From Prasinococcaceae sp. CCMP 1430 (Eukaryota; Plantae; Prasinodermophyta): a stretch of 64,000 bases of DNA. Under the pieces are notes generated by a model. That model was not told the origin of the DNA. It worked only from the letters and a program-made list of their open reading frames with translations, and ran no database searches. The translations under genes were made by a program, and so were the position numbers. Of the stretch, positions 35,162 to 44,240 are shown piece by piece; the stretch's first letter is position 1; every line of letters begins with the position of its first letter. The DNA lies in contig RQSC01000032.1 in assembly GCA_013416795.1 (NCBI GenBank), positions 186,001 through 250,000 of the forward strand, written 5' to 3'.

Positions 35162-35404
35162 TCAACCACTCCCTTTGCGACCGATCGTCGCGATCCGGGT
35201 AACCATCTCGTCATTAACCGCGGGTGACACGAACTTGCGGATGTCGCCGCCATAGAGGGCGATCTCCTTGACCAGCCGGCTGGCGATCGGCTGCAGCGAG
35301 ACATCGGCCATCAGGAAGACCGTCTCGATCTTGCTGTTCAGCTGCTGGTTCATGCCGGCCATCTGATATTCGTATTCGAAGTCGGCGACGGCGCGCAGAC
35401 CGCG
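35162..35404 (-). pseudogene. coaD: 3' fragment of bacterial phosphopantetheine adenylyltransferase (alphaproteobacterial)
   Basis: [61 protein letters not shown]. The N-terminal half with the HxGH motif is absent; no introns. Confidence 0.9.
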
Positions 35405-35421
35405 CGTGCAGGCGCGCGGCG

Positions 35422-36945
35422 ATGGCCGCGGATGTCAACGGCGACGCAGCGACTGCGGAGAGGGTTGAGAACGTGGTCGTCATCGGCTCCGGCCCTGCGG
35501 GCTACACGGCAGCCATTTACGCGTCGCGTGCCAACCTCCGCCCGGTCGTCTTCGAGGGGCTCACCAAGGGCGGCGTGCCCGGCGGCCAGCTCATGACCAC
35601 CACCGAGGTCGAGAACTTCCCGGGCTTCCCCGATGGCATCACCGGGCCCGACCTGATGGACCGCATGCGCGGGCAGGCCGAGCGCTGGGGCTCCGAACTA
35701 GTCACCGAGGACGTGGAGGAGGTCGATCTCTCGCAGCGGCCGTTCGTCGTGCGCTCCACGGAGCGCACCGTGCAGGCGCACTCGCTCATCATCGCCACGG
35801 GGGCCACCGCGCGCAGGCTGGGCATTCCCAGCGAGCACGAGTTCTGGACCAGGGGCATCAGCGCGTGCGCCATCTGCGATGGAGCTGCGCCCATTTTCAA
35901 GGGCAAGGAGCTGGCGGTGGTTGGCGGCGGCGACACGGCGCTAGAGGAAGCGCTCTACCTGCTGAAGTACGCCTCTCGCGTGCATTTGCTCGTGCGCTCC
36001 GACCACATGCGCGCCTCCAAGGCCATGATCGCGCGCGTGCACGCCGACCCGCGCGTGGTGGTGCACCTCAACACTACGGTTGAGGACGCGTACGGCGGCA
36101 AGGCGGGGGGGCTTATGGAGGGGCTGCGTCTCGTCTCCCGAGGCGAGACGAGCGAGGCCGCGATCAACGGCAGCAACGGCGACGCAGCGAGTGACGAGGA
36201 GAGGAAGTGGGACCTGCCCGTGGCCGGGCTGTTCTACGGCATTGGGCACACTCCCAACAGCGACATGTTCGTGGGGCAGCTGGATCTTGACGAGGCGGGG
36301 TACATGGCTGTGAAGCCTGGCACGCCGCAGACGTCAATGGAGGGTGTGTTCGCGTGCGGCGACCTGGTCGACACACAGTGGCGCCAGGCGGTGACCGCTG
36401 CTGGCAGCGGCTGCTCGGCGGCCATCTCGGCGGAGCGCTACCTGGCCGAGAATGCCCTGCTCTCCGGGGACGAGGACGACAGTGCGCTCGCCAAGGCCCA
36501 CGGCGCGCACGCGGAGGACGCGAGCGCGGATGCTGGCGCGAGCGCCAGCGGCGGCGCGACGGACAGCTCGGACATCGACGTGAACGCGACCAAGCACGCA
36601 GGCCAGCGCGCGCTGCGCAAGCTCTACCATGAGAGCGACCGCCTGATCGCCGTGATGTACACTGCGCCGACGTGCGGGCCGTGCCGCATGCTCAAGCCCA
36701 TCCTGAACAAGGTCATCAACGAGTACGACGGTGCCATGCACTACGTCGAGATCGACATTGTTGAGGACGAGGAAATCGCGCAGGCGGCGGGCGTGGTCGG
36801 CACGCCCTGCGTGCAGTTCTTCAAGGCCAAGGAGAAGGTCGGCGAGATGAAGGGCGTCAAGCAAAAGAGGGAGTACAGGGAGCTCATCAATCAGCACGTC
36901 AAGGCTGCAGCCACCGAGGCGGAGGTGGTGAAGGTCGAGGCGTGA
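35422..36945 (+). CDS. NTRC: NADPH-dependent thioredoxin reductase C (NTR plus thioredoxin domain); transit peptide not found
   Basis: [30 protein letters not shown], active site SACAICDG, then a Trx domain with TCGPCR. TGTAA at 37039-37043. Confidence 0.96.
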   Translation: MAADVNGDAATAERVENVVVIGSGPAGYTAAIYASRANLRPVVFEGLTKGGVPGGQLMTTTEVENFPGFPDGITGPDLMDRMRGQAERWGSELVTEDVEEVDLSQRPFVVRSTERTVQAHSLIIATGATARRLGIPSEHEFWTRGISACAICDGAAPIFKGKELAVVGGGDTALEEALYLLKYASRVHLLVRSDHMRASKAMIARVHADPRVVVHLNTTVEDAYGGKAGGLMEGLRLVSRGETSEAAINGSNGDAASDEERKWDLPVAGLFYGIGHTPNSDMFVGQLDLDEAGYMAVKPGTPQTSMEGVFACGDLVDTQWRQAVTAAGSGCSAAISAERYLAENALLSGDEDDSALAKAHGAHAEDASADAGASASGGATDSSDIDVNATKHAGQRALRKLYHESDRLIAVMYTAPTCGPCRMLKPILNKVINEYDGAMHYVEIDIVEDEEIAQAAGVVGTPCVQFFKAKEKVGEMKGVKQKREYRELINQHVKAAATEAEVVKVEA

Positions 36946-37526
36946 ACGGAGCGCGCGCCGCAAGGCGCGAGGGCCTGAGAGCACGCTGGCGGGGCGGGGC
37001 AAGCGCGGATGCGCAGGCGGTGTTGCTAGGCGCGCGTGTGTAATGCGAGGCTGAGGCTGAGCGGCGGCGTTGCGCGCCACCTGTGCGCGTGCTCGCTGCC
37101 GTCCCCCGTCTTCCAACCCCAACGCCGACGCAGGCCGTCCAGTGTGCCCGCCTGCTTGTAGTGCGCACCTTTCGCAGCGAGGAGGAGGCGGTGNNNNNNN
37201 NNNNNNNNNNNNNNNNNNNNNNNNNNNNNNNNNNNNNNNNNNNNNNNNNNNNNNNNNNNNNNNNNNNNNNNNNNNNNNNNNNNNNNNNNNNNNGCGGACG
37301 AGAACGAAACGACGGCATGCCGCGCGCGCCCGCCTCCTTAGCCCTCCGCGCGCTCACGAGCGACGCGCGATCTCCTCCCGCCCGCGCCCGCGCGTCGTCA
37401 CCACCTGTCGACCCCCACGGAGCGCGGGCGGACGCGGGCGCCACCGACATCCTCCCTCTCCCTCTCCTTCTCTCCACCCGCCACCCAAAAAGACGCGCTC
37501 CGCGCGGCCTCGCTTCCGCGCCGCCT

Positions 37527-37718
37527 TCACTGCTCCTTGCCCTCGCCCCCGCCCGCGATCGCGGCCTTGTTTTGCAGGTCCTTCTGCTGGCCCGAGTAGT
37601 AGGCGACGCCCGCGCCGACCGACGCGAAGAAGTAGGCGCCCGAGACGAGTGTGAGCGCCGCGAGCCCGCCCGCGACGGCCCTGTGCGCCGCGTTGACGGC
37701 GGAGGCGCCGGCTGACAT
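37527..37718 (-). CDS. 63-aa single-TM microprotein, COX14-like
   Basis: AVNAAHRAVAGGLAALTLVSGAYFF...YYSGQQK resembles Cox14 (D..HR....L...T..GG.Y); clean ATG-to-stop ORF. Confidence 0.55.
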   Translation of the reverse strand: MSAGASAVNAAHRAVAGGLAALTLVSGAYFFASVGAGVAYYSGQQKDLQNKAAIAGGGEGKEQ

Positions 37719-38039
37719 GTGCGTGCAACGCGCGAACTTCCGCCCCCCCGGCAGTTGCGGGTGGTGGCGCGCAGTGGCTCGCGGTCTCGTGCGCCGGCCG
37801 CCCCCAGTCTCAGCGCGCACGCGCGCGCCGCGCTGTGGCGCGGCGTCGGCGTCGGCATCGGCGTTCTCGCCCTAGCGGCATGTGCGGGCGGCTTTAGCCT
37901 GTGGGATGCGCGCGTGGGCTGCGTAGCAGGCGCGGGCGCGCGCTGCAGGCGGCCCTGTCGGCATCGATGGCGTTCACGTCAGGGTTTGGAGGTTCGGGTA
38001 AAGGGTTTACACATGCGAGGCCGCGCGCGCGCTACTCCT

Positions 38040-40064
38040 CTACACGATGCTCGGCGCTGCGCCCGACCACGAGCACTGGGCGCGGGGCCAGCGCGTGCGC
38101 AGAACGTCAGAGAGCTGGGAGTGCACCTGCGACAGGGCACCGGTGCCCGGGCTGCTGCCGTCAGCAGCAGCGCTCGCCTCAGCGGCCGAGCGGCGCAGTG
38201 CCTCCTCCAGGTCGGCGTCAGCGGCGGATATCTTGCCGGGCGTGAACTTTGGTGGCACGACCAGCTCGACGCGGGTCGCCGTCGGCAAAGGCCGCGCGCT
38301 CGCCGCCGTTGCACCGCCTGCGGCCACCGCGCCGGCCGGCGCTCTCTTTGCAAGGCCATTGAGGTGCCACAGCGACAGGCGCAGCTCCCTCTCGGACGAC
38401 GGGCCCGATCCCGATTCATCGAAGCCAGCCAGCTCCTTGGCGCGCGTCACGAAATCTCCCCAGAGTACAATGCCGCTCTCGCCAAGCGTCGCCTTGTCAG
38501 CGTCAGACATATGAAGCTTTGAATCCTCAAGGATTGCGGGCAGGGCGCTGGGCTCGACAAAGCCGCCGCCCGCCTGGTCTCTGCTGTCGAACGCTCGCTT
38601 GAGCTTGCGCTCGAACTGACCGGCGGCGTCTTGGTCATCACCGCCCTCAACGCCAGCGCCAGCGAGCGGCATGAGCGAACAGCACACCGAGTAGTGGCTC
38701 TCCGAGCCCACCACCCACACGGGCCAGCGCGGGTGCTTCAGGAAGTCCCCCACCGTGCAGTACGACAGCGATTCGAGCAACGTGAGGAAACCGACATCCA
38801 CGTCACCAGCAACCCCGCGCATCTTGAAGCCCCCGCCGACATCTATGTCACCATCGAACACATTTCCCACGCAGCGTCCCGTCAGCATGAGCCCGACGAC
38901 CTCCTGCGAGCAGTGGCCAAAGGGCTGCGTCACGAGAGGAGCGCCGGCGCGGACGTCCTCTGGGTCGCGGTCCGAAGCGCACGCCTCGGCGCCTCCACGG
39001 CTCAAGACGACAGAGAGCAGCACGAGCAGCGCGCCGACGCCCGAGCGCAGTGACGGTGCCACCCAGCGGGCCGCGAGTTGCACGAGCTCCGGCAGGCTGT
39101 GCACTTCACGCACAACGACAAGCCGCGCGAGAGCCTCCGGCGAGCTCAGCGCACACGTCGACGCTGCGGAATCCCACACGGCAAGCTCGTCCTCTGGGCT
39201 GCAGGTCACTTCGCCTCGGAGCAGGTGCGCGACGTCCGCGAGCTCGGGCGCCTCAGGGTTGAGCGCGCAGAGGACGCCACGCTCGGCGCTCCCTGCTCTC
39301 CACATGGTATCGGCAAGCGCCCTCGCGAGCGCCACCGCACGCTCGGAGTCCGTGAAGCGGGGGAATTCTCCTCCTGTGTGCAACCCAGCCGCTCGCGGGC
39401 GCCCGGCTGGGAACATGAGGTGGCGCAGCAGCAGCGCATTGAGCGGCGCGAGCACGCCGCAAGGCCCACCGTGTTTCTGTAGCAGGCACAGCGACGCGGC
39501 CGCAGACGCGTCGTCCTCCCCCCCCGCGGGTCCCGCGAAGCCCACGCCTTGGCAGGACCACGCTGACACTATCGATGCGTTGGGCTCGGTGCCGAAGACG
39601 AGATTGAAGATCTCGGTAGATGTGCCATGACCAAGCTCGCCAGATCCCGTCGCTCGCGCCAGTGCTCGTGCGACGAAGCCTGCGTTGGGCGCGCCACCCG
39701 TGGGCGCCGGATCCGCAGGAGCTCGTCTAGACTCTGTTGGCGCGGCGGACGCGGGCACCGGCGGTGACGTATCCATGGCGACAGCTCGAGGCCCCTCCGA
39801 ATGCAGCTTCTGCGGTCCCACGCGAGGCTGCTCCTCCCGCTGCTCTTGTTGCTGATGTTGTTGTTGCTGCTGTTGCGGCTGTTGCGGCTGTTGCGGCTGC
39901 TGCATCTGGGCCGCCCCCTCGTGGCGCTGCTGCATCGCGCGCATCCTGGCCTCCGCCGCAGCTGCGCGATGCTCGCGCTGCCGCCTCGCGCGCTCGCGCG
40001 CATCGAAGTCGTCGTCGCGCGGCGCACGTCTTCCCGGACTCGCTGGCCACTTCGGCGGCTCCAT
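38040..40064 (-). CDS. MINDY3: MINDY-3/4-type K48 deubiquitinase with EF-hand-like insert
   Basis: Catalytic LQKHGGPCGVLAP; FGHCSQEVVGLMLTGRCVGNVFDG...VGFLTLLESLSYCTVGDFLKHPRWPVWVVGSESHYSV; insert AFDSRDQAGGGFV. Confidence 0.88.
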   Translation of the reverse strand: MEPPKWPASPGRRAPRDDDFDARERARRQREHRAAAAEARMRAMQQRHEGAAQMQQPQQPQQPQQQQQQHQQQEQREEQPRVGPQKLHSEGPRAVAMDTSPPVPASAAPTESRRAPADPAPTGGAPNAGFVARALARATGSGELGHGTSTEIFNLVFGTEPNASIVSAWSCQGVGFAGPAGGEDDASAAASLCLLQKHGGPCGVLAPLNALLLRHLMFPAGRPRAAGLHTGGEFPRFTDSERAVALARALADTMWRAGSAERGVLCALNPEAPELADVAHLLRGEVTCSPEDELAVWDSAASTCALSSPEALARLVVVREVHSLPELVQLAARWVAPSLRSGVGALLVLLSVVLSRGGAEACASDRDPEDVRAGAPLVTQPFGHCSQEVVGLMLTGRCVGNVFDGDIDVGGGFKMRGVAGDVDVGFLTLLESLSYCTVGDFLKHPRWPVWVVGSESHYSVCCSLMPLAGAGVEGGDDQDAAGQFERKLKRAFDSRDQAGGGFVEPSALPAILEDSKLHMSDADKATLGESGIVLWGDFVTRAKELAGFDESGSGPSSERELRLSLWHLNGLAKRAPAGAVAAGGATAASARPLPTATRVELVVPPKFTPGKISAADADLEEALRRSAAEASAAADGSSPGTGALSQVHSQLSDVLRTRWPRAQCSWSGAAPSIV

Positions 40065-40395
40065 CACGCCCGCGCCTGCGCCCGTGCCGCGCCCCGCCCC
40101 GCCACCGCCACGGGGGGGCGCGCTGTATGGCGCTTTCGCCCCGCGGCAGCGAGCGGGCGCGCACGCGAAAAAGTGGATAAGCGTTGTACGCAGACTGGTG
40201 CGGCGTCGCCCGAGTCCCGGGAGATGGCCACACCCGCGCCCGCGCCCGCGCGCTGGCGCTCGTGGTGGAGCACGCGTCTGCGGAGGCGCAATGAGCGCTG
40301 GGCTGGCCCGCAGTGGCGCACACTGCCGCGGCGAAGGGCTTGCAGCGGAGCGGCGGCCGCTGCTGCGCCGCTGCCGGCGGACGCCGCCGCGGCGA

Positions 40396-41196
40396 ATGCC
40401 TGCCGCCGCTCGTGGCGCAGGCGTGGGCGGGGGTGCCGGCGCGAGCGTCGCACAGCTGCTTGACGAGGCGTACGGCGCCCCGCCGCCCGGGCGCTTCGAC
40501 CGCGATGACGCGCTCAGTGCCGAGGACGTCGCTGCAATGCGCGTGCGGAGCAACCAGGGCGCCAAGGCGTACGTGGTGAGTTTGTTCTGGCGCTGGCGCG
40601 TGCTCGCGAGTGCGCGCATGCGAGCAGGCGTGCGCGCGGGTTGATGCGGGTGCTGACGCGCGCACTCGCAGTACGGCGAGGTGACGGCGGAGGGAGCAGC
40701 ACAAATGGCGTCGGAGTGCGGTATCGGCGCGGCAGACGTGCTGTACGACCTGGGCAGCGGCCACGGGCGGCTCGTGCTGCAGGCGCACCTCGACTGGGGA
40801 GTCGCAGGTGCAGTGGGCGTCGAGCTGAGCCGCGACCGCCACCTCAAGGGCGCAAGAGCGCTCGAGCGGCTGCGCGCCGATGGACGCATTGATCCTGCTC
40901 GCCATGTCGAGCTCATCAACGACAACCTGCTCAACGTCCCGTGCGGCGATGCATCCGTGGTGTATTTTGCATGCACAATGTGGGACGCCGACTTCGTCGC
41001 GACCGTGCTTGCCAAGCTCGACGCCGACTGCGCCGGGCGCGGGCTGCGCCTCCTGCTCTCGACTGAAGACCTCGAGGCGCGCTTTGGCGTCGCGCTGCCG
41101 CCTTGGATGCGCCGCGAGCGCGCACTCGCCACGCCCATGACGTGGGCCGACGATGCACGCCTGTATGTCTACGCGTGCGACCGCACGCTGGCGTAA
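40396..41196 (+). CDS. Class I SAM-dependent methyltransferase, DOT1-like; intron about 40576-40671
   Basis: YV|YGEVT...DVLYDLGSGHGRLVLQA...AVGVELSRDRH...ASVVYF...WDADF follows the DOT1-family motif order (YGE, DLGSGxG, GVE). Confidence 0.75.
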
Positions 41197-41538
41197 TTTT
41201 TCACATACCTCGTATCAAAATCATAGAAGATCTTCGCACACACTTTTAGGGCGGGGCGCTGCGCAGTGCGCGCCTGCCACACCTACACCTGTGCCCCCGG
41301 GCGGCAGCGAAGGGAGAGGCGGGCGAGGCGGCGCGGAGGAGTCGAAGTTCGTCGCTGCGCGCGTTGCGCGGCGGGGCCTTCCTTGCCGCGCGCCCTTGCG
41401 CGCGTTCTCGCACCGCGCGGGGCCCGCGGCAGGCCAGGTCGCTGCTGCGCCCCCGCGCTCTGGTCGGAGCCCGCGTGCGGCTGCCACGGGCAAGGTTCCC
41501 TGCAGCGCGCGGCGGAGCGGTCTAGCAACAGGGCAACG

Positions 41539-42177
41539 ATGCTGAGCCACGCGTCGCGTGCGGCACTCGCGCGTTGGGCGGGCTTTGGGGGCGCGCCGGC
41601 ATTCTCGCGCGCGTTTGCGGCAGGGGGCGGGGCAGATGTTGATGCGCCGAGCAGCAGTGTCGGCGCAGACGCGGCCGCGCCTTCTGGGGAGGAGAGCGCG
41701 CCGATGCGCCCACGGCCGGGCAGCGCTGCGTGGTTCCGCAATAAGCCCGTGCCACAGGAGGGCCCGGGTGGGCGGCGCGTGTATGACCTTCTCGACTTCA
41801 ACCGCGTGCCCACCTTCTTGTCGAGCAAGAAGGCCAACCAGCTGCAGTACAACAAGCGCGCTGACACCTTCGGCCGTGACTGGAAGGCCAAGGAACTGCG
41901 GTTGAAGAGCGACAGCGACCTCGAGAAGCTCTGGGCGGTGCTCGCTATGGAGCGCACGCGGCTGATGGGCGAGCTGACGCTGCTCGGCGGCGCGGAGTTC
42001 AATAACCCGCCCACGCGCGAGGCCCGCGACGTTCGGCGGACGGCAGGCGCCAAGCATGCGGCGGTGAAGAAATCCATGGGGAGGATCAAGCTGGTGCTGC
42101 ACGAGCGCGCAGCTCTGCTGGAGGATCCTGTGGAGAGGTCGCGCCGGCTGCTCCAGATCAACAGGAAAGCACACTGA
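41539..42177 (+). CDS. MRPL47: Mitochondrial ribosomal protein uL29m (L47)
   Basis: GRDWKAKELRLKSDSDLEKLWAVLAMERTRL...VKKSMGRIKLVLHER; mitochondrial-type presequence; TGTAA at 42286-42290. Confidence 0.88.
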   Translation: MLSHASRAALARWAGFGGAPAFSRAFAAGGGADVDAPSSSVGADAAAPSGEESAPMRPRPGSAAWFRNKPVPQEGPGGRRVYDLLDFNRVPTFLSSKKANQLQYNKRADTFGRDWKAKELRLKSDSDLEKLWAVLAMERTRLMGELTLLGGAEFNNPPTREARDVRRTAGAKHAAVKKSMGRIKLVLHERAALLEDPVERSRRLLQINRKAH

Positions 42178-42442
42178 GCCTCTCGGGGCTTGCCGCAAGT
42201 GCGCCCCAGCGATCGCCAGCGCGGCGTAGCGTCGCTGGCAAGCTCGGCGTCCAGCGTCAACACCATTCTTTTTGTCTCCTTGTACTGTAAGTGCGCACGG
42301 GGAATTGTCGTCGGCAACCAGTTCTGCAACTTAAGTACGCTCCCTACAGTACAGGTACGCGCACACAGTGACTCTAGGAGCGGTAGGCGGTGCTTCTATG
42401 CTGCCGCTGTCCCTGCTGCCGGATCTAGTCACGCGCCCCTGC

Positions 42443-43428
42443 TTAGGCGTACATGGGGAGGGCGGCCATGGCCTCGATCGCCGCGTCGAGGGCGTCCGAG
42501 GTGGCAACGTCGGTGCTCTGCTTGGCCTTGACGGCGCACACCATCGTCTTGTGGTGAAGCTCGAGGGCGGTCTTGTAGTCGTCATCCGAGCCGAACTCCC
42601 ACTTGGGGAAGCGCTGGGCCATGTAGTAGTAGCCGATGTCCTTGATGATGGCTGTGCGCGCAACGTGGGGTGTCAGCAAAACGCACCGGGCATCAGCACG
42701 CGCGGCAGCCACAGACACTTGAGAGACGCGCAGTCATGAGCTGGGCCGCGACCGCGACGCGACGCACCGTCGGCGTGCTGCTCCTTGTACATCACCCAGC
42801 GCTGTTTGGCGGCGGCACATGTGAGGCGCACGGGCACGAGATCCCAACGTCAGCGCGCGAATAGGGCAACGGCAGCGATGCGGCGCGTGCCCCGCCGAGC
42901 GCACTGGCTCATCGCCGACAGCGCGGAGCGATCGATAGAGATTGCAGCCATCCGCTGCGCGCAGCACTCACCGTGAAGGTGTTGGCGCCCGCGGCGTCGG
43001 AGGGCGCGCCGGCATCAGTGAGCTCGGTCTGCGCCTTGCGGATCGTGGCGGCGTCCTGTGGATCATGCGCGTGCGCGTGCGCGGGGGTGTTGGAGGTCAG
43101 CTCTCAGTTCGCAGGCGGGCCATACGCTCGCGTGCTAACGCGCGCCTGCCCCGCAGAAGCGGAGACCCTGTGCGGGCTGGCCTATCCCGAGCCGCGGGGG
43201 CCACGAGGGCGCGAGCGCGCGCGCCGCTGCCACGGCCATCACCCACCTCCTTGAGCTTGGCGAGCTGCTTGGCGTCGTCGAAGATGCCGCACGGCACCTG
43301 GCAGTGCGCGGACACCTGCAGGCGCGCGCTCGCCGCGCGCGCGGCGCGGCGCGAGAACACCGTCGGGGCGCCGCCGCGGCGACTGCCGCGCCGCGCATCG
43401 AGGCCTTGGCCGAGAGCATCGCCGCCAT
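42443..43428 (-). CDS. sodN: Nickel superoxide dismutase with N-terminal targeting leader; exons about 43428-43247, 43055-42972, 42801-42768, 42651-42443
   Basis: Ni-hook HCQVPCGIFDD. Spliced product DAATIRKAQ...FT|RWVMYKEQHAD|AIIKDIGYYYMAQRFPK...YKTALELHHKTMVCAVKAKQSTD matches the SodN pattern; three GT-AG introns keep the frame. The leader from ATG 43428 is one base out of frame (see findings). Confidence 0.9.
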
Positions 43429-44240
43429 GGGGTCGGAGCGGGGAGGAGTGGAGGGGGAGAGGAGAAGAGGCGAGACGCGACGTAGGCTGCTGCGATCTGC
43501 GGAGTGGCGCGTCGGATCGATCCATTTCCACTGCGCTCCCCGCCCCCCCCTCCCCCCCACAAACGCACTCTCACCTCACCCTCACCCCTCACCCCGCCCC
43601 TCATCACCCCCGCCCCCGCCCCGCCGCGCGCGACAGCACGCCACGCGCGCGCGCGCGGATCGGAAGCGGAAGCAGGCAACACCGGTTTCGCGCGCGCCAC
43701 GCCGCGATTCCGGCGCGCCGAGCGTAGGACGCATCGCACGCAAATGCGGACTTTCCGGGAGGCGTATTCGCGCGCGCGCCGCGCGCGCCCGAGCGCTGCG
43801 CGCAGCTGCCAGCCGATGGGGTTTCGGAAGCGCGCGCAAAAAGAATGAAAAAATAAAAAGAAAAAAGAAAAAGAAAAAGAGAGTGCGCGGGTGCGCCGGT
43901 GCGAGTGCACCATGGTATCATGGTATGTTTGTGTGTGGGTGGGCGGGGGAGAGCGCAGGTTGGGGAGACGGCGCGAGCAGCACGGCAGCCTCTGGGCGCG
44001 GCGCGCGCTGATGCGTCAGGCGCACGTGCGGGCGAGCGCGGGTGCGTGCGGGGGTGGGTGGGGTGGGTGCTGTCCGGGCGTGGGCCAGCAGCGACGCCGG
44101 TGGCTCGGGCGCGCACCGCGAGGGCTCGCGGCCGAGGAACGTGAACTGTACACGACAGCAAGAGCCTCCCAGTTTTATTAGCGCCGCCCGCCCGCTATTA
44201 TGGGGCCGCGGCGATGGCATCGGCGGCGGCGCTCGCGCGC

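Noticed and set aside
35162-35404. coaD fragment read as a functional algal CoA-biosynthesis gene
   Set aside because: It lacks the N-terminal nucleotide-binding half, and no upstream exon could supply it.
38040-41138. 1032-aa ORF read as one long MINDY protein
   Set aside because: The upstream ~350 codons are the antisense of the methyltransferase gene and the intergenic spacer. The plausible start is MEPPKW at 40064.
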